Of a DNA stretch of 64,000 nt, positions 19,243 to 29,508 are shown one piece after another. Each line of letters opens with the position of its first letter. The stretch's first letter is position 1. The DNA comes from a virus. The notes under the pieces were generated by a model. That model was not told where the DNA came from. It worked only from the letters and a program-made list of their open reading frames with translations, and searched no databases. The stretch is from the IMG/VR virus record IMGVR_UViG_3300037427_000542, positions 19,601 through 83,600 of that record; one strand, 5' to 3'. Both the position numbers and the translations under genes were made by a program.

Positions 19243-20187
19243 ATGACGACAACACCTGAACAGTTTTTATGGGTAGAGAGATACAGACCCAGGTTAATAC
19301 AAGATTGTGTATTACCCGAAAGTGTCAAGAAACAATTTGCACAGTTTATTAAGAAAGGTGAGATACCTAACCTATTACTGTCAGGTACTGCAGGTACTGG
19401 AAAAACAACTATTGCTCGTGCTTTATGTAATGAGCTAGATTGTGATTATATCATTATTAATGGTAGTGATGAAGGTAGGCAGATTGACACTCTAAGAACT
19501 AAAATTAGGCAGTTTGCCTCAGCTGTCTCATTCGAGGGTAAGACTAAGGTTGTTATTCTTGATGAGGCTGACTATATGAACAGAGATAGTGTACAACCTG
19601 CACTTAGAGGGTTCATAGAAACATTCTCTGAGAACTGTAGGTTTATATTTACATGTAACTATGCTAACAAGCTAATAGAACCCTTACACAGCAGGACTAC
19701 TGTTATAGACTTTAAATTAGCACCCTCAGATCGCCCTGTATTAGCCGCTAAGTTTATGGATAGAATGAAGTATATCCTTAATACAGAAGGCGTGGAGTAC
19801 ACGGAAAAGGTGCTTGCTGAGCTCCTAATGAAGTACTTTCCTGACTATAGAAGGGTGCTAAATGAGCTACAGAGGTACTCAGCAGGGGGTATTATAGATG
19901 AGGGTATACTAAGTAACTTCCAGGAAGTAAATGCTAAGGCGCTTATAGAGAGCCTCAGGGGAAAAGACTGGCGTAAGATGAGACAATGGGTGGCAAACAA
20001 TGTAGACACAGACCCTCAGGCTATATTCCGTCAGATATACGATATACTACTTCCAGAGGTTAAGAGTCCTGCTCGCTTAGTACTAGATATTGCAGATTAT
20101 CAGTATAAGGCAGCTTTTGTAGCAGATCAGGAGATTAATTTAACTGCTTGTCTAACACAGATTATGGTTGATTCGGAATTTAAATAA
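19243..20187 (+). CDS. gp44: Clamp loader large subunit, T4 gp44
   Basis: WVERYRP, GTAGTGKT, ILDEAD, LHSR. Confidence 0.95.
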   Translation: MTTTPEQFLWVERYRPRLIQDCVLPESVKKQFAQFIKKGEIPNLLLSGTAGTGKTTIARALCNELDCDYIIINGSDEGRQIDTLRTKIRQFASAVSFEGKTKVVILDEADYMNRDSVQPALRGFIETFSENCRFIFTCNYANKLIEPLHSRTTVIDFKLAPSDRPVLAAKFMDRMKYILNTEGVEYTEKVLAELLMKYFPDYRRVLNELQRYSAGGIIDEGILSNFQEVNAKALIESLRGKDWRKMRQWVANNVDTDPQAIFRQIYDILLPEVKSPARLVLDIADYQYKAAFVADQEINLTACLTQIMVDSEFK

Positions 20188-20339
20188 TGGCTAAAGACGC
20201 TTGGATTCAAGTTAGAGTAGAAAAGGCTAAAAGAGAAGAAATAAAGAAAGAAGCCGCTAAAAGAAAAATGTCTGTATCTCAATTAATGTTGGAGGGATAC
20301 GAAACATTAAAGGAGGGTAAGTATATTGACTTTAAGTAA
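20187..20339 (+). CDS. Small ribbon-helix-helix-like DNA-binding protein (50 aa)
   Basis: Manual translation MAKDAWIQVRVEKAKREEIKKEAAKRKMSVSQLML...; beta-strand/helix/MSVS pattern; TAATG coupling to gp44. Confidence 0.6.
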   Translation: MAKDAWIQVRVEKAKREEIKKEAAKRKMSVSQLMLEGYETLKEGKYIDFK

Positions 20340-20490
20340 ATTGTGGAAATTATGGTGTATGTCGTTAGGCGAGAAAGCTAGCGACGATTCAACAGAAGCA
20401 GATGCAGTAGCAGTTATGAGAACTATCGTTGTTCTTGTTAATTTCTTCACCTGTTTCTTTATTATCTCAGGAGTATTAAGACATTGGTAG
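20326..20490 (+). CDS. Small membrane protein (conserved hypothetical)
   Basis: AGGAGG SD + TTG; LWKLWCMSLGEKAS...EAD...RT...ISGVLRHW. Confidence 0.6.
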   Translation: MTLSKLWKLWCMSLGEKASDDSTEADAVAVMRTIVVLVNFFTCFFIISGVLRHW

Positions 20491-20942
20491 ACTCAATATT
20501 AGAAGGTTTCGGTGAGCCAGTCGAAGATATAAATGAAGAAGATTTCCAAGAGAAACTTAAAAAGATATCTCCTTTTGATTACGCTAACAGCATTTACACA
20601 AAAGATAACATTATAGTAGATGAAAGGACAGAAAAAGAATACAATCCTTTTATGGTAAATCGTGCAATGGGTATGGGTAAAGATACTTGTATTGCAGCTA
20701 ATGAAATGAATTCGAGACACCACTTAGATAATAAAATGCAGTATGATTTCCTTATGGATGTTGTAAGAGAAGGCAAACGATTTAATAAGTGGCTTAAAAA
20801 TGACGAAGAAAATATAGAGGCAATACAAAAGTTTTTTGGCTATTCTTTAATTAAAGCAAAACAGACCCTTAGTCTGTTAAATGATACACAAATTGATCTC
20901 ATAAAAATACATTTGAAGTCTTCTAAAGGTGGAAAAGTATAA
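20484..20942 (+). CDS. gp62: Clamp loader small subunit, T4 gp62
   Basis: YNPFMVNR, ANEMN, QYDFL, KWLK; position between gp44 and regA. Confidence 0.9.
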   Translation: MVDSILEGFGEPVEDINEEDFQEKLKKISPFDYANSIYTKDNIIVDERTEKEYNPFMVNRAMGMGKDTCIAANEMNSRHHLDNKMQYDFLMDVVREGKRFNKWLKNDEENIEAIQKFFGYSLIKAKQTLSLLNDTQIDLIKIHLKSSKGGKV

Positions 20943-20945
20943 ATA
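20938..20945 (+). promoter_or_regulatory. T4-type late promoter upstream of regA
   Basis: Exact TATAAATA. Confidence 0.6.
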
Positions 20946-20991
20946 CCTGTATAACTTAATTATTATTTAAGACATTACAGGCATATTGAGA

Positions 20992-21411
20992 ATGAGTGAT
21001 CAAGAGAATTACTTTAACATAGACTATCCAGGGTATTCACCTTTAGAAGTTACCTTAAACGACCCAGAAGATTTTTTGAAGGTTAGGGAAACATTGTCTC
21101 GAATTGGAGTAGCATCGAAAAAGGACCAAGTCCTTTATCAGTCTTGCCATATATTACACAAGAAAGGTAGATACTTTATAACACACTTTAAAGAACTATT
21201 TGCTCTTGATGGCAAGGAAGCAGACTTCCAGGATAACGATTTACAACGCAGAAATACTATTGCTAAACTTCTCCAAGATTGGGGTTTGGTAAAAATATTA
21301 GGCGAAGTAGAAGATTTAGCTCCATTGAGTCAAATCAAAATTATATCGTTTAAAGAGAAAGGTGAGTGGGAGCTAATCCCCAAATACAATATTGGAAAGA
21401 AAGTTAAATAA
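20992..21411 (+). CDS. regA: Translational repressor RegA
   Basis: DFLKVRETLSRIG, LYQSCHILHKKGRY, HFKELFALDG. Confidence 0.95.
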   Translation: MSDQENYFNIDYPGYSPLEVTLNDPEDFLKVRETLSRIGVASKKDQVLYQSCHILHKKGRYFITHFKELFALDGKEADFQDNDLQRRNTIAKLLQDWGLVKILGEVEDLAPLSQIKIISFKEKGEWELIPKYNIGKKVK

Positions 21412-22669
21412 AAACCAGATAGAAGCACTTCAGCTAATAAAGACAGAACAGGATAATGTTGGACCGGGTTTCTGCGTGCTAAAATGGTATCACCAAGAAA
21501 TGCACTTAGGCACTGGTAGAGCACACTCTTGTTATCATTGTCCTACACACCAAATACCCTTAGGTTCAGACTTACATAACACAAATCACAAAGTAGAAAA
21601 GAGAGCAGAGATGTTGCAAGGCAACAGACCTTCAGAGTGCTCTTATTGTTGGGATGTCGAAGATCTTGGATTGATTTCTGATAGACAAACTCTTGCAGTA
21701 CAATTTTTTAAACATAATCGTAATATAGTAGACGAGGCAGTAGATGCTGGAACAGGTTATGTTTATCCTAAGTATCTAGAAATATCGTTTACTAATAAAT
21801 GTCAAATGGCATGTAGTTATTGTGGTCCTGTTTTTAGCACAACATGGGAAAAGGAAATAGAAGAACACGGTCCTTACAAATTATCTAAAGACTATAATTC
21901 AATTCATACTCCTCAAATAGAAAACTCTCCATACATAACCAGGTTTTGGAAATGGTTTCCACAGGCATATGAACACTTATTTGTTCTTAGAGTTACAGGT
22001 GGTGAGCCTTTATTAGATAAGAACACATATAAGTTACTCCAATATGTAAAAGACAACCCAAGAAAAGGATTAACATTCCATTGTAATTCTAATCTTATGG
22101 TTTCAGAAAATAGAGTAAAAAAGTATATAGGTTTGGTTAAGGATATTCCTAATACAAAACTTTATGCTAGCATTGATTCATGGGGTAAACAGGCAGAGTA
22201 CATTAGACATGGATTAGATGTTTCTCACTTTGAACAAAATTTACATAGATTATTGGCTAACGGAATACCAGTAGGAATAATGAATACATATAATTTCTTA
22301 TCTATTCCTAATACCGAAGAGTTCATATTTAAAATGGCAGAACTTAAAAATACTTATGGTGATCTAATTACAATAGACATGCCTTTTATGGTAGAGCCAG
22401 ACCACCTTTCAGCACAAATCTCAGACGACTCTCATATAAGTATAATGGAGAAGGATTTAAAAACTATGGAAAGTTATCCTCAGTTTTCTACAGGCGAGAT
22501 AGAAAAATTTAGAAAAACTGTAGGATGGATAAAGGCAAATAGATTTAAAGATTTAGAACTGCTAAAACATAGAAGAGATTTTTGGCATTTTGTATATGAG
22601 CATGATAAAAGAAGAGGCACAGATTTTAAAGCTGCCTTTCCTAATTTAGGATTTGAAAATGAAACATGA
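21392..22669 (+). CDS. Radical SAM protein with N-terminal Cys (twitch-like) cluster
   Basis: CQMACSYC, TGGEP; N-terminal FC..KW, SCYHC, CSYCW. Confidence 0.88.
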   Translation: MERKLNKNQIEALQLIKTEQDNVGPGFCVLKWYHQEMHLGTGRAHSCYHCPTHQIPLGSDLHNTNHKVEKRAEMLQGNRPSECSYCWDVEDLGLISDRQTLAVQFFKHNRNIVDEAVDAGTGYVYPKYLEISFTNKCQMACSYCGPVFSTTWEKEIEEHGPYKLSKDYNSIHTPQIENSPYITRFWKWFPQAYEHLFVLRVTGGEPLLDKNTYKLLQYVKDNPRKGLTFHCNSNLMVSENRVKKYIGLVKDIPNTKLYASIDSWGKQAEYIRHGLDVSHFEQNLHRLLANGIPVGIMNTYNFLSIPNTEEFIFKMAELKNTYGDLITIDMPFMVEPDHLSAQISDDSHISIMEKDLKTMESYPQFSTGEIEKFRKTVGWIKANRFKDLELLKHRRDFWHFVYEHDKRRGTDFKAAFPNLGFENET

Positions 22670-23318
22670 GATGGGTGAAAATAAATTATATTCAATTAAT
22701 AATCCGTTATTAATGACAATAGATGATTTCTTACCAGAAGAAGTAGTAGATCTATTATCCTCAGATATTGAGAAACATTGTATATTTAAAGGTGCCCAAG
22801 TATCTACAAATGATGGTACAGGTGAAAAATCTAATTTAAGAACAAATGAAACATCTAGTCTCCATTATCTACAATCCGAAGGAGCTAGAATATTTTTAGA
22901 CGCAGCCTCAGCTTCGTTAAGATTAAATCCAGCTCAAGCAGAACCTATATCAGTTATTAAATATAAAAAGGGTCAACAATTTGAACCTCACATGGATGCT
23001 TTTGGAGATGATAAATTAAATGCTTATTCTCCTCAAGCAGGCAATAGAATAGCAACAGCAATATTATATTTAAATGATGTACAACATGGAGGGGAAACAG
23101 ATTTTCCTAACATGAAAATTACAATACCAGCCAAGAAAGGAAGAGTAGTATTGTTTTCTAATTGCCACATGGGCACAACTCAGCCTCTTGAATTGTCAAT
23201 GCACGCAGGATTGCCAGTTATTCGAGGAGAAAAAACAGCAGTTAACTTGTGGTTTAGATCGGGTGTTTACGATAATAATATGTACCAAAAATGGTTAGAA
23301 CAGCAGCAGAGTGTATAA
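22653..23318 (+). CDS. 2OG-Fe(II) oxygenase, prolyl 4-hydroxylase-like
   Basis: PHMD, RIATAILYLND, GGETDFP, HAGLPV...K. Confidence 0.9.
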   Translation: MKMKHEMGENKLYSINNPLLMTIDDFLPEEVVDLLSSDIEKHCIFKGAQVSTNDGTGEKSNLRTNETSSLHYLQSEGARIFLDAASASLRLNPAQAEPISVIKYKKGQQFEPHMDAFGDDKLNAYSPQAGNRIATAILYLNDVQHGGETDFPNMKITIPAKKGRVVLFSNCHMGTTQPLELSMHAGLPVIRGEKTAVNLWFRSGVYDNNMYQKWLEQQQSV

Positions 23319-23321
23319 ATA
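23314..23321 (+). promoter_or_regulatory. T4-type late promoter upstream of hsp20
   Basis: Exact TATAAATA followed by a hairpin leader. Confidence 0.7.
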
Positions 23322-23379
23322 GTATTGATACGCCGGAAGGGTATCATATTTTAATCTTGCTAAATAATAGGAGAAAACA

Positions 23380-23817
23380 ATGGTAAGCATAAACACGACA
23401 AATTGGAACGATTTCGTTTCAGCATTCCCACAAATAGAAAGTAGACTAATTGGATTTGACAGAGTCTTTGACGCTGTTCAAAGAGTCAATACCACCGAGG
23501 CTAACTTCCCACCTTATAATATTAAAAAAATAGACGATGAGAATTATGAAATTCAAATTGCTCTTGCAGGCTTTTCAAAGTCTGAACTTGATATTACTGT
23601 GGAAGACGGTAATCTAATCGTCAAAGGTGAACAGGCAGAGACTTCTAAAACAGAATATTTGCACAAAGGAATTGCAGAACGCAATTTCACAAGAACATGG
23701 TCTTTAGCAGATACTGTTAAAGTGTCAGGTTCTGAATTGAAGGACGGAGTATTAACAATTAATTTGGTAAACAAAATTCCAGAAGAATTAAAACCTCAGT
23801 CTATTAAAATTAAATAA
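23380..23817 (+). CDS. hsp20: Small heat-shock protein Hsp20 (IbpA-like)
   Basis: FPPYNI, IALAGF, YLHKGIAERNF, DGVLTI. Confidence 0.95.
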   Translation: MVSINTTNWNDFVSAFPQIESRLIGFDRVFDAVQRVNTTEANFPPYNIKKIDDENYEIQIALAGFSKSELDITVEDGNLIVKGEQAETSKTEYLHKGIAERNFTRTWSLADTVKVSGSELKDGVLTINLVNKIPEELKPQSIKIK

Positions 23818-23838
23818 TTAAAACAGGAGATAAGGAGT

Positions 23839-24183
23839 ATGGCTACAAACATACAAATCGTTAAACTTACAACAGGTGAAGACTTGATTGGAGACATTAC
23901 AGAAGAGGAAATTGATGGTAGAGGTTTTCTACTTATCAAAAAACCAGCTATTATTATGATTATGCCTAAACCTGGAAGTGAAACTGATTATACTGTAGGG
24001 CTAGCTCCTTACGCTCCATTTGCAAAAGATCACAAAGTACCAATCTTTCCAGCTCATGTTGTTTCAGTCTACGATCCAGGAAAAGAAATGTTAAACACAT
24101 ATAATACAAAATTCGGTTCTGGAATTGTAACACCTGACTTTATAAATAAAAAGGTGTTGAACGAGACAATAAAAGGAAAGTAA
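23839..24183 (+). CDS. Conserved T4-like hypothetical (Sm-like fold)
   Basis: IVKLTTGEDLIG start; usual position between hsp20 and gp43. Confidence 0.7.
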   Translation: MATNIQIVKLTTGEDLIGDITEEEIDGRGFLLIKKPAIIMIMPKPGSETDYTVGLAPYAPFAKDHKVPIFPAHVVSVYDPGKEMLNTYNTKFGSGIVTPDFINKKVLNETIKGK

Positions 24184-24603
24184 ATGTATGAATATAGAGT
24201 TAAGATCGTAAAGGTCGTAGATGGGGACACAGTAGATGTGGATATCGACTTGGGGTTTGGAGTCTGGCTTAAGAAACAAAGGGTCAGGTTATTCGGTATC
24301 GACACACCGGAAAGTAGAACCCGTGACCTCGTTGAAAAAAGATTTGGAAACATGGCGAAAGATTATCTTAAAAGTAGATTATCAAGTGGAGCTATACTCG
24401 GAACAAGGCTTGATAAAAAAGGCAAATTTGGACGGATACTTGGTGAATTTTTTGTGTTAGATAATGAGGGCCATCCTCAATTTGAAGTTAAAGTGAATGT
24501 AAACGAGGAATTGATTGCTAAACATCATGCCGTTGCATACCACGGACAATCTAAAGAAGAAATAAAAGAAGCACATTTGGTTAATAGGACCTTTTTTGAA
24601 TAA
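24184..24603 (+). CDS. Thermonuclease (SNase-like)
   Basis: VVDGDTVD, RLFGIDTPE, GKFGRILG; TATAAATA at 24141-24148. Confidence 0.88.
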   Translation: MYEYRVKIVKVVDGDTVDVDIDLGFGVWLKKQRVRLFGIDTPESRTRDLVEKRFGNMAKDYLKSRLSSGAILGTRLDKKGKFGRILGEFFVLDNEGHPQFEVKVNVNEELIAKHHAVAYHGQSKEEIKEAHLVNRTFFE

Positions 24604-24608
24604 AGTCC

Positions 24609-24637
24609 TTGACTCTTAGTCAGTAAGAGTGCATAAT
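24609..24637 (+). promoter_or_regulatory. Sigma70-type promoter of DNA polymerase, shared family
   Basis: TTGACT-cttagtcagtaagagtg-CATAAT with ACTCTT/AAGAGT inverted repeat. Confidence 0.85.
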
Positions 24638-24663
24638 GTGTATATTATGTTTAAGGTGTTGTT

Positions 24664-27159
24664 ATGAATTTTTATACTTATGCGAGACATTATGGAAATG
24701 ATATACTTTTCCGTGGTGTAAAAAATGGTAAGCGATTTACTGCAAGGCATGAATTTCAGCCTACTCTGTTTGTTAAGAGTAAAGAAAAATCTAAGTACAA
24801 AAGTATCTTTGGTGAGAATGTATCACCTATAAAGTTCCCCACAAATAAGGAGGCAACTGCCTTCTTTGACAGTTACAAAGATGTAGAAAATTTTCCAATA
24901 TTTGGACAAAACTATTACGCATACCAATATATCACCGAGAACTATCCTGGTGAGATACAATGGGATGCTAATGAGATGTTAATCTATTCTATCGATATTG
25001 AAACAACATCGGAAGGTGGATTTCCTAATGTAGACTCCCCTAGTGAGAAAGTTCTAGTTATCACACTTCAAAACAACAACACCAAGAAGATAACAACTTT
25101 TGGCCTGGGGGAGTTTACGCCTACTAAAGAAACAAATCATTTAGATATTGACTATCAAGGTTTTGACACAGAAGAACAACTATTAGATACTTTCCTCACT
25201 TGGTGGCAGGATAATTGTCCTGATATTATTACAGGTTGGAACAGTAATTTATTTGATATGCCTTATCTTATTACAAGAGTTCAACGAGTATTAGGTGAGA
25301 ATGAACATAAAAGATTCTCTCCTTTTAAATTAATTAACAAGCGTCCTATTAGATTTGCTAATCGTGAGATGACAGCATTCGAGATTACAGGTGTTGCACA
25401 ATTAGACTATTTGGACTTATATAAGAAGTTTACTTATGTGACTCGAGAGTCTTACAAACTAGACTTTATTGCAGAAACAGAACTAGGTAAGAATAAACTA
25501 GAGTCTGGCTTTGACACATTTAAAGAGTTTTATGATGGAGATTGGAATAGGTTTGTAGAATATAATATTATTGATACAGTTATTGTCGACGAACTAGAAG
25601 ACAAGATGAAACTTATTGAACTTGCTATTACAATGGCCTATGACGCTAAGTGTAATTATAATGATGTATTCTCAGCTGTTAGAACCTGGGATAGTTTATT
25701 ATATAATCATCTATGGGAAAAGGACATTGTTATTCACCAAGGTGGTGGTAGAAAGGATAGACAAATTGAAGGTGCGTTTGTACAGGAACCTAAACCTGGC
25801 AGTTATGAATGGGTGGCTAGTTTCGATGCTACAAGTCTATATCCTAGTATTCTAATGCAACACAATATGAGTCCTGAGACTATTGTTCCTGGGTTTAAAT
25901 ATAATGTTAGCGTTGACGATCAACTGGACAGATATCAGTTAGACAAGTTAAAAGAAAAGAACTATACTATGGCAGGCAATGGCTCTTGTTATACAAGAGA
26001 AAAGAAAGGTCTGTTTCCTGAGATTGTACAAAAGTTTTTTAATGATAGATTAAAATATAAGAAGTTGATGCAGAAGGCACAGAAAGATTTCCAAGAAACA
26101 GGTGCCCTACATCACAAGAACGAGATAAGTAAATATAACAACTTTCAGATGGCTCGTAAGATTCAATTAAACAGTTTATATGGTGCCCTAGCTAATCAGT
26201 ATTTTAGATTCTATGATGATAGAATTGCAGAAGGTATTACAATGTCGGGACAATTAGTTATCCGAGATACAGCTAAGGCTTTGGACAAGTATATGAACAA
26301 AGTATGTGGCACAGAAGATGAGATGTATTCTTTTTATAGTGATACAGATTCTTGTTATGTTACATGTAAAAAGATGGTAGATAATTTCTTCCCTGATAAA
26401 GACACAGATAAGGTTGTAGAACTTCTTGATAAGATAGGTACAGATAAAATAGAACCTGCTATTGCACAGGCAATGACAAAGTTAGGTAATTATACTAATG
26501 CCTTTGAACATAAGATAGACTTTAAGCGTGAGGTTATCGCAGATAAAGGTGTGTTTGTGGCTAAGAAAAGATATGCCTTAAATGTACTAGATGATGAAGG
26601 ACTAAGACTTAAAGAACCTAAGTTAAAAGTTATGGGTTTAGAAATTGTAAGGTCCTCGACTCCTGCTCCTATCCGAGATAGTTTGAAGGAGGCAGTCCGT
26701 CTTATTCTTACTAGTGATGAAGACAAGTTACAAACATATATTGCTGAGGCACAAAAACAATTTAATACATTATCTGCAGAAGAGATTGCCTTTCCTCGAG
26801 GTTGTAATAATCTTAAGAAATACTCATCTACAGCAGACATATATCAGAAAGGCACACCCATACATGTTCGAGGTTCCTTACTGTATAATAAGCTCTTAAA
26901 AGATAAGAGTTTGAACCTTAAGTATGAGAAAATACAAGAAGGTGATAAGATTAAGTTCCTTTATTTAAAAGAACCTAACAGTTTACATGAGAACACTATT
27001 GCCTTTGTAACTAAACTTCCTAAAGAGTTTGAGATTACAAAGTATGTAGATTATGATTTAATATTTCAGAAAGCATTTATTGATCCTTTAGAAAATATAT
27101 TGAAACCTTTAGGATGGAATACAGAACCTCAGGCTACACTCGAGGATTTATTTGCATAA
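24664..27159 (+). CDS. gp43: Family B DNA polymerase, T4 gp43
   Basis: DIET exonuclease, SFDATSLYPS, KIQLNSLYG, YSDTDS. Confidence 0.97.
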   Translation: MNFYTYARHYGNDILFRGVKNGKRFTARHEFQPTLFVKSKEKSKYKSIFGENVSPIKFPTNKEATAFFDSYKDVENFPIFGQNYYAYQYITENYPGEIQWDANEMLIYSIDIETTSEGGFPNVDSPSEKVLVITLQNNNTKKITTFGLGEFTPTKETNHLDIDYQGFDTEEQLLDTFLTWWQDNCPDIITGWNSNLFDMPYLITRVQRVLGENEHKRFSPFKLINKRPIRFANREMTAFEITGVAQLDYLDLYKKFTYVTRESYKLDFIAETELGKNKLESGFDTFKEFYDGDWNRFVEYNIIDTVIVDELEDKMKLIELAITMAYDAKCNYNDVFSAVRTWDSLLYNHLWEKDIVIHQGGGRKDRQIEGAFVQEPKPGSYEWVASFDATSLYPSILMQHNMSPETIVPGFKYNVSVDDQLDRYQLDKLKEKNYTMAGNGSCYTREKKGLFPEIVQKFFNDRLKYKKLMQKAQKDFQETGALHHKNEISKYNNFQMARKIQLNSLYGALANQYFRFYDDRIAEGITMSGQLVIRDTAKALDKYMNKVCGTEDEMYSFYSDTDSCYVTCKKMVDNFFPDKDTDKVVELLDKIGTDKIEPAIAQAMTKLGNYTNAFEHKIDFKREVIADKGVFVAKKRYALNVLDDEGLRLKEPKLKVMGLEIVRSSTPAPIRDSLKEAVRLILTSDEDKLQTYIAEAQKQFNTLSAEEIAFPRGCNNLKKYSSTADIYQKGTPIHVRGSLLYNKLLKDKSLNLKYEKIQEGDKIKFLYLKEPNSLHENTIAFVTKLPKEFEITKYVDYDLIFQKAFIDPLENILKPLGWNTEPQATLEDLFA

Positions 27160-27284
27160 TGGAATTGCAATCGTTAGCAGGCTGGGGTTTATTTGTATGT
27201 ATGATAGTTTCCAATTGGGTAATGTTTATTCTTATAGATGGATTTTTTGAAGGGGATATAGAAGGAGTTAAATATGAAAAATAA
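27159..27284 (+). CDS. Small membrane protein (41 aa)
   Basis: Manual translation; TAATG coupling to gp43; one hydrophobic segment. Confidence 0.5.
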   Translation: MELQSLAGWGLFVCMIVSNWVMFILIDGFFEGDIEGVKYEK

Positions 27285-27444
27285 AGATGAAAGAAATACA
27301 CATTTCATATACAGTATATTGAAAAGTGGTTTTAGATGTGGAGGTTGTGTTATACCTTTTGTTATTAATGAGCCGTGGGCTTGGCAAGTATTTTTAGGAG
27401 CATTCTTTGTTGCTGAGATACTAGGAATTATGGAGGAGTTATAA
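27274..27444 (+). CDS. Small membrane protein (56 aa)
   Basis: AAGGAG SD; HFIYSILKSGFR...AEILGIMEEL. Confidence 0.65.
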   Translation: MKNKDERNTHFIYSILKSGFRCGGCVIPFVINEPWAWQVFLGAFFVAEILGIMEEL

Positions 27445-27632
27445 TGGGAACACACGCATGGAAAAAGAAAAGCGTAAGAGCTAGAAGGGAAGGTGCTTTA
27501 GAAAGACTTAAAGCATCTAAATTTACACCAAAAATTGTGCAAGGAAAAGAACGCAATGAAGAGAACTGGACAAAGAAGAAAGAGAAACAAATTGAAACTC
27601 TTGAATCCAGAATTAGAGGGACACAAGGTTAA
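27444..27632 (+). CDS. Small basic hypothetical protein
   Basis: GGAGG SD, TAATG coupling. Confidence 0.6.
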   Translation: MGTHAWKKKSVRARREGALERLKASKFTPKIVQGKERNEENWTKKKEKQIETLESRIRGTQG

Positions 27633-27680
27633 GTTTCAACATAAGAAACTTTTAGATCAACAAAAAGAGATTGACGAACA

Positions 27681-28445
27681 ATGGGAAAGAATAAAAAAAT
27701 TGCAGTCATTGGATATGGATTTGTAGGCAAAGCCACATATTATTTTTTAACTGAAAAACTATATGGCGAACTTTCAGACGTCTATATTCATGATCCTGAT
27801 TTAGGTTACAACATAGATAATTGGAATGAAATTGATTATGCTTTTATTTGCGTTCCAACTAACCTAAAACAAGGAAAGTTAGACACAAGTATTATAGATA
27901 AGATACTATCAGAACTTTATGTAGGTGTACAACCTGTTATTAGAAGTACAATAGGTCCTGATCAATGTTTGGCTTATGCTAATAGAGGAATAATTATAAT
28001 GCCAGAGTTTTTAAGAGAAAAACATTGGAAGGAAGATATAGACAATCCTAACATTGATATTTTAATTGGTTGTTATAATTGTGATGAATTTGTTGATCTA
28101 ATGTCATGTGGTAATAAATTTGTAAAACAGGTTACACCATGCGAGGCAAGTGCAATAAAAATGTTTAGAAACGCTGCACTGGCTGTTAAAGTAGGTTTAG
28201 CAAATGACTTTAAAAATATATGTGAAGTACAAGATATAGACTATGAAGTCATAAAAGAGTTTCTAGAGAATGATGAGAACTTAGGAGGAACACATTGGGC
28301 TGTTCCAGGCCCAGATGGAGAGTACGGTTTTGGTGGCACTTGTTTACCAAAAGATTTGACACATGCTTCTGAGCTATGCTATAATTCTTTTAATATAATG
28401 AATACAGCCTTAGAGGCTAATAAAGGTAGGAGAAAAGATGGGTAA
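27681..28445 (+). CDS. UDP-glucose/GDP-mannose dehydrogenase family (short form)
   Basis: GYGFVG, FICVPT, IRST, PEFLRE, GFGGTCLPKD; C-terminal domain absent. Confidence 0.85.
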   Translation: MGKNKKIAVIGYGFVGKATYYFLTEKLYGELSDVYIHDPDLGYNIDNWNEIDYAFICVPTNLKQGKLDTSIIDKILSELYVGVQPVIRSTIGPDQCLAYANRGIIIMPEFLREKHWKEDIDNPNIDILIGCYNCDEFVDLMSCGNKFVKQVTPCEASAIKMFRNAALAVKVGLANDFKNICEVQDIDYEVIKEFLENDENLGGTHWAVPGPDGEYGFGGTCLPKDLTHASELCYNSFNIMNTALEANKGRRKDG

Positions 28446-29508
28446 TCTATTAGATAAATTACAAAAAAATTCCACAATTAGAGAAACAGATATTTTGACT
28501 GACTCTAAGTTTTTTAATGACAAAGACTTGATACAAACATCTGTTCCAGCAGTTAATGTTGCTTTAAGTGGTAAACTAGACGGTGGACTTACACCTGGAC
28601 TTACAGTATTTGCAGGTCCTAGTAAGCATTTTAAAACAGCATTTGCTATGTTATTAATTAAGGCACACCAAGAGAAATATCCTGATGGTGTTGTTTTATT
28701 TTATGATAGTGAGTTTGGTGCACCTAAGTCTTATTTTGAGACTTTTGATATTGATACTAGCAAAGTATTACATACACCTATTGCAGATATTGAACAATTA
28801 AAACATGATGTGATGCAACAGTTGAATGGTGTAGAACGAGGCGATAATATTATGGTTGTTGTTGACTCTGTAGGTAACTTGGCTTCTAAGAAAGAAGTAG
28901 AAGATGCCTTGGAAGGTAAGAGTGTAGCAGACATGACAAGGGCTAAACAAATGAAGTCCTTATTTAGAATGATTACTCCTCATCTAACAATTAAAGATAT
29001 TCCAGCTATTGTAGTTAACCATACATATAAAGAGATAGGATTGTTTCCTAAAGATGTGGTTAGTGGTGGCACAGGTATTTACTATTCTGCAGATAATATT
29101 TTTATTATTGGTAGACGACAACAAAAGACAGGAACAGAAGTTACAGGTTATGAATTTATAATTAATGTTGAAAAGTCTAGATTTGTTAGAGAGAAGTCTA
29201 AAATTCCTGTAGAAGTTACATGGGAGAACGGTATTAGTAAATGGTCTGGGTTACTAGACATGGCGATGGCTTCTGGACATGTAATTAAACCTAGTAATGG
29301 TTGGTATCAGAGAGTTGACATGGACACAGGTGAAGCAGTAGATCCTAAAGTTAGAGCTAAGGATCTAGGTAAAGATTTTTGGTTGCCTGTACTCTCAGAT
29401 AAAAGATTTGGAGACTGGGTTAAAAAGTCATATACTATTGGCTCTGTAGAAATGATGGCAGAGGAAATCAGTGATGAAGATATTCAACAAGAATACGAAA
29501 AAGTGTGA
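28438..29508 (+). CDS. uvsX: RecA-like recombinase UvsX
   Basis: GPSKHFKT, FYDSEFG, DSVGNLAS, SGGTG. Confidence 0.95.
   Translation: MGNLLDKLQKNSTIRETDILTDSKFFNDKDLIQTSVPAVNVALSGKLDGGLTPGLTVFAGPSKHFKTAFAMLLIKAHQEKYPDGVVLFYDSEFGAPKSYFETFDIDTSKVLHTPIADIEQLKHDVMQQLNGVERGDNIMVVVDSVGNLASKKEVEDALEGKSVADMTRAKQMKSLFRMITPHLTIKDIPAIVVNHTYKEIGLFPKDVVSGGTGIYYSADNIFIIGRRQQKTGTEVTGYEFIINVEKSRFVREKSKIPVEVTWENGISKWSGLLDMAMASGHVIKPSNGWYQRVDMDTGEAVDPKVRAKDLGKDFWLPVLSDKRFGDWVKKSYTIGSVEMMAEEISDEDIQQEYEKV

Noticed and set aside
27535-27726. 63-aa ORF overlapping 27444 and 27681 genes
   Set aside because: It overlaps both better-supported neighbours substantially and lacks an SD.
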